From contig NC_087245.1 in assembly GCF_037042905.1 (NCBI RefSeq), forward strand, positions 17,796,001 to 17,860,000: a DNA stretch of 64,000 bases, written 5' to 3'. This stretch comes from Lytechinus pictus. Its lineage: Eukaryota. The position numbers were made by a program, and so were the translations under genes. This document shows, piece after piece, positions 1-12,677 of the stretch. The first letter of the stretch is position 1. Each line of letters opens with the position of its first letter. The notes under the pieces were generated by a model. It did no database searches and was not told the origin of the DNA. It saw nothing but the letters and a program-made list of their open reading frames with translations.

Positions 1-1539
1 AGTTTTAGCATTGGAAGTACCAACACCAAGTAAGGTTCTTACAATTTTCCTTCGCTATAATTATTTTTTTTTGCAGGAGTTTCTGCATTTATTGTAAAGT
101 CAAAATAAATTTACAATACATAAACATAATCGTAGTATGACATTAAAGTACATTGAAATGTGACAATTTTATAGCAGTGTGCGAACAAGATTTTGACATG
201 AATACAATTTAAGGATAAGACAAAGTAGTGAAAAACAAATGCAGTGGCAAACTATATAAGCAAAATAAATGCTTGAGTAATAGCAGCCAAAATATATAGA
301 GATAGAGCGTATGGGAAACGTTACATTTTGGAAAAGCTGCAGTTTCATTTTGTAATATATCTAAAATCTTCTCTATCAGATGACACCACAATATATTTTG
401 TGCATGCTTGAGCGCAAAACGACATGTTTTATCAGGGTGACGAGAAATGGCTTGCGCCATCATGAAGGAAATGGGCAGTGTGAAAGTAACCGACTGATAA
501 GGACTTCAAATCAACTAATTTACTTTTTATTTAAGAACTTTTCATATACTACTTATTTTCAATCATGCATTGACAATAGAAAATTTAAAAAATATACTTC
601 GTGTATTCACATGCGTAATTTTGACAGCTTTTTCAAAATGAAACGTTTATCATTCATCAAATTTTTATTTTTGTTTATATAGCTTATAAGTCTACATTAC
701 AATACCTTTCTTTAACATGTTAAGAATGTTAAGAATGTCTAATAATCCAGTTATTTTGATGATCAAAAGAGAGGTTGTGTGTCTTTTAACATTTCTACTA
801 ACTACCGAACCAACGGCAACGGTAATTATTAAACCTAATCGTCCCCGGGTAATTTGAGTCTTGTCACTCCCTGGTCATTATACCCCCCCCCCCCCGCTCG
901 TAATCGCGATATCTGCGCGATGGTGGAAAATGACGGTTGCATCTTAGCCAACTTTCACTATCTATATTATCAATTTAACTATGTTAATTTGTGCATGGAG
1001 TTAGAATTTGGGGGTAAATCTATCGATAAAGCCATTGAAAAAGTTTTTTTTTTTGGTTCAGAGACTCTTTGTATCTAGAATTGTTATAAATATGCCTACA
1101 CATAAAATGTTTTCCTAACTGGCCTTCTTATCGTTGTGTTTTTCCTATTTATTTATTTTTTAAACTATGTTTTTTTTAATGGAAATTGTCGTCGATACTT
1201 GAAAATGCTATTTTAATCGAATGTTACAAGGGCCGCGAAACCGAGAAGAGGGGGGGGGGAGGCGCTTCAGCTCTCCCAGTATTTTCAGTAACCATTTTCA
1301 CAAAGAGTGAAAATAACCAACGATTTCATGCATGCCTCCACCCCCCCCCCTCCCCCCCCCCCCCCCCTCCTCTCGCTTTCCATATCGTTCTGCAGCCCCC
1401 TGTAAAAAGATACAGTTACGGATTTTGGCTAGAAACAGAGTTTAAATTGGATTTGTGCATGAAATTACTTTTTTTAAAGCAAATTTGGGCCTGACAATAA
1501 CCATGAGCAGATGGCCGATAAACAAATTGGAATAATTAA

Positions 1540-2062
1540 AGGGGTACTCCAGGCTGAAAATGATATGATTTGAAAAAGATATTAAAAAAAATAGACAAAC
1601 AAAACACTGAAGAATTGTTTGAAAATATACAAGGAATAACAAAGTTATGACATTATATAGATTTGCATTATTTCGGTGAAACAGTTCTAAACATGTCTTC
1701 ATGAGTAGACCAATAATATCATATCCCCACTTCTTCTTTTGTATGTTATGACATAAAATTATGTTTATTCATTTTTTCTTTAAGAAAAAAATTAAAATGG
1801 ATAGACCATTGATATAATGCATGATATATTCATGGCTGCAACTTATTTTATCATGATAAGAATATATAATACACACATGTATGAAATTATGAAATAAATA
1901 CGATTTCATGTAATAACATAAAAAGGGAAAGTGGGAATGTGACATCATCAGCCCACCTACTGAATATTCATGCAACGTTCATATAACTGTTTCACAATAT
2001 TGCTGAATTTTACTATAGGCAAATATACTTAGATATAATCATTTTCAACCCGGAGTACCCCT
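1540..2062. mobile_element. Kolobok/T2-like MITE (TIR AGGGGTACTCC)
   Basis: TIRs flanked by TTAA / TCAA; related to the copy at 19316-19898. Confidence 0.7.
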
Positions 2063-2451
2063 TCAATCTGATGTTGATTACATTTTCAATGTAATGCTTG
2101 TTTAAATTTATTTTAAAGTAAGTGAATAAAGATATTAATGAATTAATTGAAAAAAAATAGATAAAATATAATGACGTGACAACAAATTAATGAATTACAA
2201 AATAATATTCATGCACGGAGCATTTTTCAACTTAGGGGCCCTACGAAAATAAGAAGTAAAAATGAAAGTGCTGATACTTAAAACCTCGGGTGCGATACGT
2301 CAGACATTTTTTCATTATATTTTCTCTTCAATCGCAATCTTGAATTTACATGACTGTTTTAAGGTTCTATATAGTCTTAGACTAAATTCAATTTAATGTA
2401 TGTATTTACTATCTTCAATAAAGCTACAGAATCGTGTTTTCATCATATACC

Positions 2452-2563
2452 GGTACTGCAGGAGAAGGGCTAGATGCAGCCAACGGACAGGCCTTCTCAA
2501 CCTATGACAATGACCATGATGACAACAGGGGTAATTGTGCTTCTCTGTACAAAGGGGGGTGTG
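2452..2563 (+). pseudogene. Fibrinogen C-terminal domain (FReD) exon fragment, truncated
   Basis: Translates GTAGEGLDAANGQAFSTYDNDHDDNRGNCASLYKGG, the typical FBG motif (NGxxFSTxDxDxD...NCA...GGWW). It breaks at the expected WW, where a transposon copy begins. Confidence 0.75.
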
Positions 2564-3860
2564 GTGAGTGCGCGAAGCGCGCTAAGTTGCCAGTTATACT
2601 GACCTAATAGAGACATTTTAAGGACAATGTCATTAAACGGATATGTATCTCACTGATCAAATAATGCGAGCGCGAAGCGCGAGCTGAAATTTTTTATATT
2701 CACACCTAAAAAGGGACAATATAATCAAATTTGTGTAATCATGATAGGTACCTGTCTCGCTAAACAATGCGCGCGCGAAGCGCGAGCTGAAAACTTAGAT
2801 AATTCAGACCTGAAGTGGGGCATTCTAAGGTTTCTTTGTAGGAATTAACTAGGACCATACGTATTTCATTAACCAAATGATGCGAGCGCGAAGCGCGAGC
2901 TGAAATTTTTTGATATTCAGATCAGAAGGGACATTTTAAGGACTGATTTTAGGAATTCATGAAGAGCAGACATATCTCACCAATCCACTAGTGCGAACGT
3001 AATCACGGATAGGAAATGTTTCATATATAAGAAGACCTTAACATGGGGCAATCACTTTTGAGTCATGAAAAAGAAGCATATGTCACTACATAAAACAATG
3101 ATAACTCAAGTGCTAGGAAATATATTTGGTTTATATTGACTTGAAAACGGGATGTTTTAGTACAACAGGATTATATATCTCGTTAAACAGACAATGCGAG
3201 CACCAGGAACAATACAAAAAGACGTAGGCCCTGGGCAAATTATGTTTCATAAAGTTGTTATGTAACATAACATAATTATAATATAATATAACATTATAAT
3301 GAATATTTTCTTCTTTCCCACTACGTTTCTATTCCTTTCTCCCTTTTTTCTCCTTTCCCCCTTTCCCCGTTTTTTTTGTCAGCCGATGGGGGGGGGGGAT
3401 GTGCCCCCCATGCCCCCCGTAGTTACGCCACTGTGTGTCCATATGGCAAATACCCCTCCAATATTATTATCTTTTTTTACCCCATGATGGTTTAATGGTT
3501 TTATTAAATATTACATTCAACATTTTTTGACATTCCATCTTAATCCCTTCCCAAAGACCCCAACATTAATAAATTGGAAGAAACAGGGGTTTCTCTTCAA
3601 TGTTATAATAAGGACATAAGTATTTCGTTTGGAAATGGTGAAATGGCTCTTTATTTGCATTTTATGATTCAATAATATTGTTTTATTTGTTAAGCGGTAT
3701 TTTAGGAAGAATTTTCACCAATAAAACAATTATCTCTTGTGATTTTTTTTTCATTTCTTTCGTAAAAAGTGGGGGAGGGGGGATGTTTGTACAGGCCATC
3801 CCCCCTCCTATAAAGTGGGGGATATATCCCCCCCCCATCCCCCCGGGATTTACGCCAGTG
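2564..3860. mobile_element. Truncated inverted copy of the nested hAT-like composite at 6488-7804
   Basis: Colinear reverse-complement match over about 1.3 kb, including the outer TIR (ends 3860) and the inner/outer junction (3433). Confidence 0.88.
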
Positions 3861-5019
3861 TATTATACATAGTCATTTTTAAGCACAATGTAGTCCAAGT
3901 GATTGTGTATATGAGAATCACTTGAAAAACCGGAAAGCAATTTAAATTATCTTTATCTATAATGTCAACATGGCAACACGAACATGGGCCTCATGTTTCT
4001 TGGGGGGGGGGGGGGGCGGCACTCACGTATAATGGTAGAACCGGTCACTCCTTGACCAACCCGTTCTCCCTCGCTCCTAAGCCCTTCTGCGTCAGTTCTC
4101 GATGACCACATTTCATTGTAAATTCCACCAACCCCCCCCCCCAAAAAAAAAAAAAAAAAAAAAATCGCAATTATCTATTTTCAACACAACTCACTTTTCA
4201 CTTTTCCCATGAAACTGGCGACATCCCAGGTCGCCAACAAAGGCTACATTGCACCTGTGTACTCTTTTGTACTTTAGAAATCGAAAGCTACATGAATGAA
4301 TTTGCATTTCGTTGACACTCCATCTTTTTTTCTTTTTTTTTTACCTCCATGGACCAATTTCTCTCCTCAATTTCGAAGATTCAAGAGAGAGCTGTAGTTG
4401 CGTAACTATGGGGGGGGGCAAAGAAAACGGAGGAAAAAGAAGAGAATTGAGGAAGAAAGATAGAGAGACATGGTAGGAAATGAAAGAAGGGGAATGAAAG
4501 TAATATTTTTTTGATAATCTGATGAAAAAAAAATAGCATAGGGCCTATGTGCTCATCACACCTGGCGCTCATATTGTCTGTTTAATGAGATACATAATCC
4601 CGTTCACGAGGATTAAATGGAGCCATGCATTTTCAAGTAATACACCAAATATTTTTCCTCGCTCTTCGATCATTTATTATTTTATCAAGTAACAGACGCA
4701 TCTTTTTTCATAATTACTAAAGGAATCGCTACCTTTCAAAATCTGAACATATAAAAAAAAAGTGTCAGTCCGCGCTTCACGTTCGCGTGATTGGTAAATT
4801 ACGTTTGCTCTGCATGAATGCCTAAAAATAGTCCTTATAATATCGATTTTTTTTTCAGTTCTGGATATAAAAGAAAATTGGCTTCGCGCTCGCACTAAGA
4901 TACATATAGAGCATATCATGTTCATTATTACCAAATGATCTTAAAACTGTGTGTGGGTCTAATCCTTAAAATTGAATAAAAACGGTCGGCATTATTGTGG
5001 TCAGCCACAATATGCTGAA

Positions 5020-5200
5020 ACTCCGCGTCAGTGGCTGTTCAGACAGCAGCATCAAAAATGCAGCACCATCAACCGGAAAAATTATGCAGTAAAAATGATT
5101 TCTACCATGTCTACAGGAGCACCTCAAGGCTCAGCTCTTGGGTCGCTGCTATTTGCCATCTTTATTAACGATCTACCAATACAAGTCGATACGTTTTCTC
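5020..5200 (+). mobile_element. Degenerate non-LTR retrotransposon (LINE) reverse transcriptase fragment
   Basis: GAPQGSALGSLLFAIFINDLP matches the RT motif GVPQGSxLGPxLFxxYINDLP. The YADD motif is not intact. Confidence 0.75.
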
Positions 5201-6487
5201 ATGCCATGTACTGTTGTATAATGTTTGGTCTAATCGATTTCTGAACAATAACGAAATACAAGCTTGACAAGCGTGCAGCGTACAGGGCTATCATATCCGG
5301 TTGCTCTTGAATGACCCCATCAAAACAGGTATTTTCTCAACTTAAAGGGTAAAACCACCACAACAAAATGTTGATCTGAATGAAACTGAATGAACTGTTG
5401 GACAATTTGATCGACCATGGAGGTAGAATCGATAGACGAAATGCTCATGTTAGGGGCACTATGGGCAATGGTGATGGACCTGAATGACGTTGGACAACAT
5501 GGAACCAATCAGCAACCCCCCCCCCCCCCAAAACAAAAAAAAATAAATAAAAAATAAAAATAAAAATAAATGAAGGGAAAAAAAAAAAATAAATAAATAA
5601 AAATAAGAACGAAAGAAAGAAAGAAAAAAAATTGCCTAAGGTAATCAATTTCAATGAGGTTTGATTGACCAAACTCCTATTTTCCCTGGAATATTTCCAT
5701 CTTTCCATCATCTGACAAAAGAAAAAAAAGACACATCTGTTTCAAGACTCGTGAAATTTACACACATTTTAGGTGTAATCATGAAAATGCATACATTCCC
5801 ATGCCCCCTTTTTTTATTACATTATTTTGGTTATTTATCTACATCTTCACTTCGTTATTGCGTTGTTTTAACTTACACTTGTCTTGTTATTGTAGTAGTA
5901 TATTATAAAAAGCCAAGTCTACCCCAACAATCAAGAAGTGGATTTGGATAAAATTGAGAAAAATCACGGAGAAAAATCAAACAAGTATAATTATAACGCT
6001 GCAAATTTCAACAAAATTGGATTTAAAATGCGAAGTTATTATATTTCAGAGTTTTGCTTGATTTTAATCGCAACTCTTTGTATAACGGGTCCCTGGACTT
6101 AATCTCCTTTACACAATAATGTTGTCCGAGTTGGGGCAAATCTCTCGTTCTTTCCTTTCAAAGCATCAGTGTAATATGGGCCTTTATTATGGTATGTCTT
6201 TAAATCCATTTACAAAATACAATTACAAGTTACAAACCATTCACCCAGCTGTTCTTTGTGATTGATTATTTGGTTTAAGTATTGTTGTCAAGTGATTATT
6301 TACATAACTCTCTTTCATATCAAGTATAATTTATTGTATTTTGATATAAATATAAAGGAAATTGATTTGAATAAATTATTTTTAAAAATCGTTGACGGTG
6401 TAACCGCTTTTATTATTCTGTGCTTCATTTGATTTGATCGTATCTGGTTGCAGATACATGATATACGAATTTAGGGAGTTGGGGGCC

Positions 6488-7979
6488 CACTGGCGTAAAT
6501 CCCGGGGGGGATGGGGGGGATATATCCCCCCACTTTTCGAGGAGGGGGGGATGGCCTGTACAAACATCCCCCCCACTTTTTACGAAAGAAATGAAGAAAA
6601 AAAATCATAAGAGACAATATTGTTTTATTGGTGAAAATTCTTCCTAAAATACCGCTTAACAAATAAAACAATATTATTGAATCATAAAATGCAAATAAAG
6701 AGCCATTTCACCATTTCCAAACGAAATACTTATGTGCTTATTATAACATTGAAGAGAAACCCCCTTTTTCTTCCAATTCATCAATGTTGGGGTCTTTGGG
6801 AAGGGATTAAGATGGAATGTCAAATTTTTTTTAATGTAATCTCTAATAAAACCATTAAACCATCATGGGGTAAAAAAAGATAATAATATTGGAGGGGTAT
6901 TTGCCATATGGACATACAGTGGCGTAACTATACGGGGGCATGGGGGGCACATCCCCCCCCCATCGGCTGACCAAAAAAAAACGGAGAAAGGGGGAAAAGG
7001 AGAAAAAAAGGGAGAAAGGAAGAGAAACGTACGTAGTGGGAAAGAAGAAAATATTATTCATTATAATGTTATATTATATTATATATATAATATATATGTT
7101 ACATTACAACTTTATGAAACATAATTTGCCCAGGGCTTACGTCTTTTTTTATTGTTCCTGGTGCTCGCATTGTCTGTTTAACGAGATATATATAATCCTG
7201 TTGTACTAAAACATCCCGTTTTCAAGTCAATATAAACTAAATTTATTTCCTAGCACTTGAGTTATCATTTGTTTTATGTAGTGACATATGCTTCTTTTTC
7301 ATGACTCAAAAGTGATTGCCCAATGTTAAGGTCTTCGCATATATGAAACATTTCCTGTCCGTGATTACGTTCGCATTAGTGGATTGGTGAGATATGTCTG
7401 CTCTTCATGAATTCCTAAAATCAGTCCTTAAAATTTCCCTTCTGATCTGAATATCAAAAATTTTCAGCTCGCGCTTCGCGCTCGCATCATTTGGTTAATG
7501 AAATACGTATTGTCCTAATTAATTCCTACAAAGAAACCTTAGAATGCCCCACTTCAGGTCTGAATTATCTAAGTTTTCAGCTCGCGCTTCGCGCTCGCAT
7601 TGTTTAGCGAGACAGGTACCTATCATGATTACACACATTTGATTATATTGTCCCTTTTTAGGTGTGAATATAAAAAAATTTCAGCTCGCGCTTCGCGCTC
7701 GCATTATTTGATCAGTGACATACACCGTTTAATGACATTGTCCTTAAAATGTCTCTATTAGGTCAGTATAACTGGCAACTTCGCGCGCTCACTAGCGCAC
7801 TCACTTATTGATTCAAAAATTTTGCTGGTGCCCCCCCCCCTCCCCAATGCCGTGACCCACGGTACGCCACTGTGGACATATCAATGACAATTCGTTGCAT
7901 ATCTAAAAACATGATTGCAAAAAAATGCCAAAATATTTCAGTCATCCCCCCCACCCATCAACACGGATTTACGCCAGTG
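6488..7979. mobile_element. Outer hAT-like non-autonomous element (TIR CACTGGCGTAAATCC) carrying a nested element
   Basis: 15-bp TIRs at both ends; flanks gttgggggcc / gttggggc resemble an imperfect 8-bp TSD. Confidence 0.75.
6917..7872. mobile_element. Inner hAT-like non-autonomous element (TIR CAGTGGCGTA)
   Basis: Perfect 8-bp TSD TGGACATA at 6909-6916 and 7873-7880; internal repeats of cagctcgcgcttcgcgctcgca. Confidence 0.85.
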
Positions 7980-8602
7980 GTTGGGGCTCATATATCGGTT
8001 TCTCTTGCAAGGAGCCTGAACCCAACCAACAATAACAAGAACCTCAAAAAATGTCATCACATATTCTTCAAAACATGTGGACGTGCATAACAATTTTAAA
8101 AAATGGGCGTTTGTGCGTATCTGTTCATTAGTTTCAGTTTTAATTTTTTTTTCTCATTTCCAACAGACATACAATTCATACATACTTCAATAAATCTAAC
8201 AATTAGAGTAAAACAATACATGCAATATAAAATTTCAATAGTGTTGGCCTAATTTGATGTTTTATACATTCAGATTATATATTTCTAATTTTTTTTTTTA
8301 GATATTGGTATGTCGCTATCCTGTATGATCTATTATACAACATAGCGATCTAGCAGATTTCAATTGAAATAGAAGTCCAAAATACAATACTCATAATTTG
8401 CTTTTTTAAATATTTGGTATACCTTAAAAAACAGGTCATTAGTTCCCTACTCACTTGACTTGAATTGACGCAGGCTATAACTACGACCTTATACATGAAT
8501 TCACATTTACAGTTGAAGTCATCCATGGAATATACTCCATGAACCACCCAAGCTTTAAAATATATTCTATTAATGAATTGTGTTTGAAAGAATAGGTTGC
8601 CG

Positions 8603-8832
8603 TGGTGATGATAATGATGGCGTTGGTGATGATGATGATGGTGATGATAGTGATGGTGGTGGTGGTGATGATGATGATGATGATGGTGGTTATGATGATG
8701 ATGATGATGATGATAGTGATGATGGTGGTGGTTATGATGATGATGATGATGATGGCAGGTGATGGTGGCGTTGGTGATGATGATGATGAAAGCGGTGGTG
8801 GTGATGACCAGAGGATGATGATATTGATGATA
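8603..8832. repeat. (GAT/GGT)n trinucleotide microsatellite
   Basis: Direct observation. Confidence 0.95.
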
Positions 8833-8889
8833 ATGGCATGTCTATGTGTAAGCTTATTCCATTGATGGTGCTACAGGGAGGGGCAGAAG

Positions 8890-9795
8890 CAGGGGGGCGG
8901 GGGCACATTGCCCCCCCCCCCCCCACTTTTCGAATTACTGAAAAAGTGTCCTTTTTACGCAAGAAAAATGCCCCCCTCACGAACGTGTACTGTGCCCCTT
9001 CTTTGGAAGAGGACCCATTTTAGGTGTTACCAAGTGCCCTTTCTCGTAAGTGCCATTTTTTCTCCAATAAATGCCTCCTCACGGACGTGTCCTGTGCCCT
9101 TTCATCTGAGAAGGACCCATTTTATGTGTCAGCAAGTGACATATCTCGTATCAGTGCCAAAGATTACCAAATAATTCCCCCTCACGAACGTGTTCTGTGC
9201 CCGTTTCACCTGAGAAAGATCCATTTTATGTTGGAGCAAGTGCTCCCTTGCCATCTTGTAAGTGCCCTTTCTCGAATCAGTGCCCCATTTTATTTTTTAC
9301 CCAAGAAAAGTGCCCCTTACGGACATGTCCTGAGCCACTTTCACCTGAGAAGGATTCGTTTTATGCCGTTAGCTAGTGCCCGTTTGCCATCTTATAGGTG
9401 CCCTTTCTCGTATCAGTGCCCCTTTTTACCTAAGAAAAGTGCCCCCCACGAACGTGTTCTGTGCCCCTTTCACCCAAGAATGACCTTTTTATGTGTTAAC
9501 GAGTGCCCTTTTGCCTTCTAATAGGTGTCTGTTCTTCATATCAGATAAGTTGCCCCCTCCCCCGAAATTTTGAAACTCACATTTTTTTTACTGCAGATTT
9601 TCACAAAATTCACCAAAAGTATACCAAAAATCCATCAATTTCACTTAACAACTAAATGCAAAAGCACATCGCTTTCGATTTTTTTCAAAAAGTTTACGCG
9701 TGCTGCCCCCTCCCCCTCCAACGAAAAATGTCTACATACGGCCATGTTTGAGATATTGCCCCCCCCCCCCTTTAAACTTTGCTCCGCCGCCCCTG
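8890..9795. mobile_element. hAT-like non-autonomous element with internal GTGCCC-rich tandem repeats
   Basis: CAGGGG...CCCCTG termini with a perfect 8-bp TSD GGCAGAAG (8882-8889, 9796-9803). Confidence 0.75.
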
Positions 9796-11293
9796 GGCAG
9801 AAGGTGCGTGATCGACTTTTTCCTATGATTTTTTTTTTCAAGAAAGGAAGAAGAATAAAGAGGTATATGAGGAATAAAATTAAAAGAAAAATAAAGCTCT
9901 GAGTCTTGCATCTACAGTGCGTATCAAAAAAAAGTTTACACTTTGAAAAAGCCCTGGGAATTAAAAAATATACAACATGTGGGTAATTTTTCACATATAA
10001 TCTTAGGTTAATAGGTTTGGGTCTCATCTATCCAATGCAAGTAAAAGTTTTGACAGAATATTACACTTGAGTGAGCACTGTCCATTTTTGTAAAGCTCGC
10101 AGAAATCTGTTTGCGCAGAAATACTCGTTTTCACGCAGTGTCAAGGAGAAAGGGCGAAATCAAATTTACCCTGCGAAACGTTTCTCATAACATTTCCCTT
10201 GCACTTTTAGTCAATAGAAATTAGACGGATACATTCAAGCATTTTGTAACAATTTTGCCACCCAAATTGAAATTTCAACACTTAGTAAGCACAACCTTTA
10301 CCCTTTTTGTGCCAGCTGGATCTGAGGACATAACTAAATCTGAACAAAAGTTTATATCAGACATCTCCAGCATTTTTTCACTGCGTTGTTATCATTTAAA
10401 GTGAATTTACATTTCTTTTTTTATTTAATACTTGTTTCTTCACACTTTTCCAAGCTTGACAATGATTAACAAAATGAAAATCAAGCCTAAGCCATTTCAT
10501 GTAAATCACAGCTCAGTGTAAACCAAATATCGTCACGATGCCCCTGGGCAGAAGGTGCGTGATCGACTTTTTCCTATGATTTTTTTTTTCAAGAAAGGAA
10601 GAAGAATAAAGAGGTATATGAGGAATAAAATTAAAAGAAAAATAAAGCTCTGAGTCTTGCATCTACAGTGCGTATCAAAAAAAAGTTTACACTTTGAAAA
10701 AGCCCTGGGAATTAAAAAATATACAACATGTGGGTAATTTTTCACATATAATCTTAGGTTAATAGGTTTGGGTCTCATCTATCCAATGCAAGTAAAAGTT
10801 TTGACAGAATATTACACTTGAGTGAGCACTGTCCATTTTTGTAAAGCTCGCAGAAATCTGTTTGCGCAGAAATACTCGTTTTCACGCAGTGTCAAGGAGA
10901 AAGGGCGAAATCAAATTTACCCTGCGAAACGTTTCTCATAACATTTCCCTTGCACTTTTAGTCAATAGAAATTAGACGGATACATTCAAGCATTTTGTAA
11001 CAATTTTGCCACCCAAATTGAAATTTCAACACTTAGTAAGCACAACCTTTACCCTTTTTGTGCCAGCTGGATCTGAGGACATAACTAAATCTGAACAAAA
11101 GTTTATATCAGACATCTCTAGCATTTTTTCACTAAGTTTTTATCATTTATAGTGGGTTTACATTTCATTTTTATTTAATTCTTGTTTCTCGATCCACACC
11201 TTTTCCAAGCTTTACAATGATTAACAAAATGAAAATCAAGCCTAAGCCATTTCATGTAAATCACAGCTCAGTGTAAAGCAAATATCGTCACGA
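9789..11293. repeat. Tandem duplication, 751-bp period
   Basis: 9789-10539 recurs from 10540; the ORF track shows identical peptides in both copies. Confidence 0.92.
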
Positions 11294-11662
11294 TTGCCTC
11301 AGTGTGTGGGGGAGTGGGATGGGGCGCAATGCACTCTTCGAAGTGTTTTGGGCAAGGAAAAAGTTTTAAAAGGTAAAAGATATCTTCAAATCAATTTTAA
11401 TAGATAAATTCAACTTGTTCTTCATGATTAAGGTCTACTTTTATTCGCATAGCTATTTCAAAGTTCTGCGCAAATCATTTTTCACTAACTTTTCAAAAGT
11501 AAGTGGTGTTCACTCAAGCGGAAATATTTTTCGACAGTTATATCGTCATTTGCTTAAATGGATCTGTACCAATGTTACAATGTGGAAAATCTTCAGGATA
11601 TTACAAATGTATAATTTTACAGGATTTTTTCTAAGTGTAAACTTTTTTTTTGATACGCACTG
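10666..11662. mobile_element. Tc1/mariner-like non-autonomous element (TIR CAGTGCGTATCAAAAAAAAGTTTACACTT); truncated second copy at 9915-10539
   Basis: About 29-bp TIRs, with TA on both flanks. Confidence 0.85.
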
Positions 11663-11699
11663 TATATCTTTTCCCATTAAAAAAAATAATGACAATTTG

Positions 11700-12658
11700 C
11701 TCACCGCCTATCAAACCATCCTGGGATATCATTTCGCAGTCGGTTTGCTTCATGGAGCTCCATAGATAGATCAGGGAGTACTCCCGATTCCCTGGATGAT
11801 GTAGCTCAATCACAGAAATTCAATAATCGGTAGTAGGTTCAGATTCCTTGAATAGCAGCCTGCGTTTTAAGACTATCCCAGGTTCACTCTGCGTTAACCG
11901 AGCGTAAGGCTTTTACGTAAGCTTACGTAATAGGGAATTGACCTCAACACAACCTTTCGGGCCATGATTATACCATCTCTCTATGGATTCTGACTATAAA
12001 CTGAATGGTCGTATTCATTCGGGCTCTGATAAAGGGGTGTCGGAGAATTGAGGGACCATGAGCGGAAAATAAATTGTTCGAAATATTATAATACACACAC
12101 AAAAATGATTTTTTTAAAAGGGCATATACGCACGAACTAGCAATCCAATCATATATTTAAATCGAATAACAATACAAGGATGTAATAATATAAACTAAAA
12201 AGTGTAAATTTCAAAGGCCATTTCCGTTGAAAATGGACTCGTCTTCATCGATATTCTCGTAATTAGTGGGTTGGAGTTTGACAGCGGTAAACGGATGGGG
12301 GTGGTGGGTGCTTACTCAAGCTCGGAGAGAGTACCATAAATTCTGCTGGAGCTAGCTTGACCTGAAAGTCGTCCAAGGAGAACCGAGAGACGTTCTGAGA
12401 TGGATGGATCGTCACCGTGGTGAAACTGAAAGTGTAAAATATTCAATTCTTTTCGACTCTTTTCTCCCTAGATGTACAGAATCAGACCAGAGAGAGATAA
12501 TTTGAACATTTTTCCGTTTGTAGAACTGCGTGATTTTGCTTGGTTTCTGAATTTAGGCGGTCACTCTCCCTAGCTCAGATCAGACAAGCTGTACCACAGC
12601 ACAAGTTTGAATTGACAGAAGGCATCCTCTCGGATTGGCGAATCAGTGGAAAGTCAAG
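11700..12658 (+). promoter_or_regulatory. Putative THR promoter / 5' UTR region
   Basis: Non-repetitive, CpG-richer block immediately upstream of the putative start exon, containing tandem TTACGTAA sites. The TSS cannot be determined from sequence. Confidence 0.45.
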
Positions 12659-12677
12659 ATGTCGAAGTTTAAGTTCG
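12659..12677 (+). CDS. THR: THR putative first coding exon (MSKFKF-G, phase 1)
   Basis: ATG has A at -3 and an in-frame TGA upstream at 12608-12610. A perfect donor G|gtgagt follows at 12678. It sits at the end of a CpG-richer non-repetitive block, and its phase matches the downstream exons. No homology support. Confidence 0.6.

Noticed and set aside
20..500. Possible exons of an upstream gene (donor-like site near 30; ag...gt segment near 435-485)
   Set aside because: No recognisable peptide and only weak splice signals.
2560..2910. Regularly recurring GCGAGCGCGAAGCGCGAGCTGAAA units resembling a CRISPR array
   Set aside because: The context is eukaryotic, the spacers are long and related to each other, there are no cas genes, and the units are internal to a TSD-flanked transposon.
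8580..8980. Asp/Gly-, Met/Val- and His-rich ORFs
   Set aside because: These are translations of a (GAT/GGT)n microsatellite.
9024..9521. Longest ORF in the track (165 aa)
   Set aside because: It lies inside the internal tandem repeats of a non-autonomous hAT-like element and has no recognisable domain.
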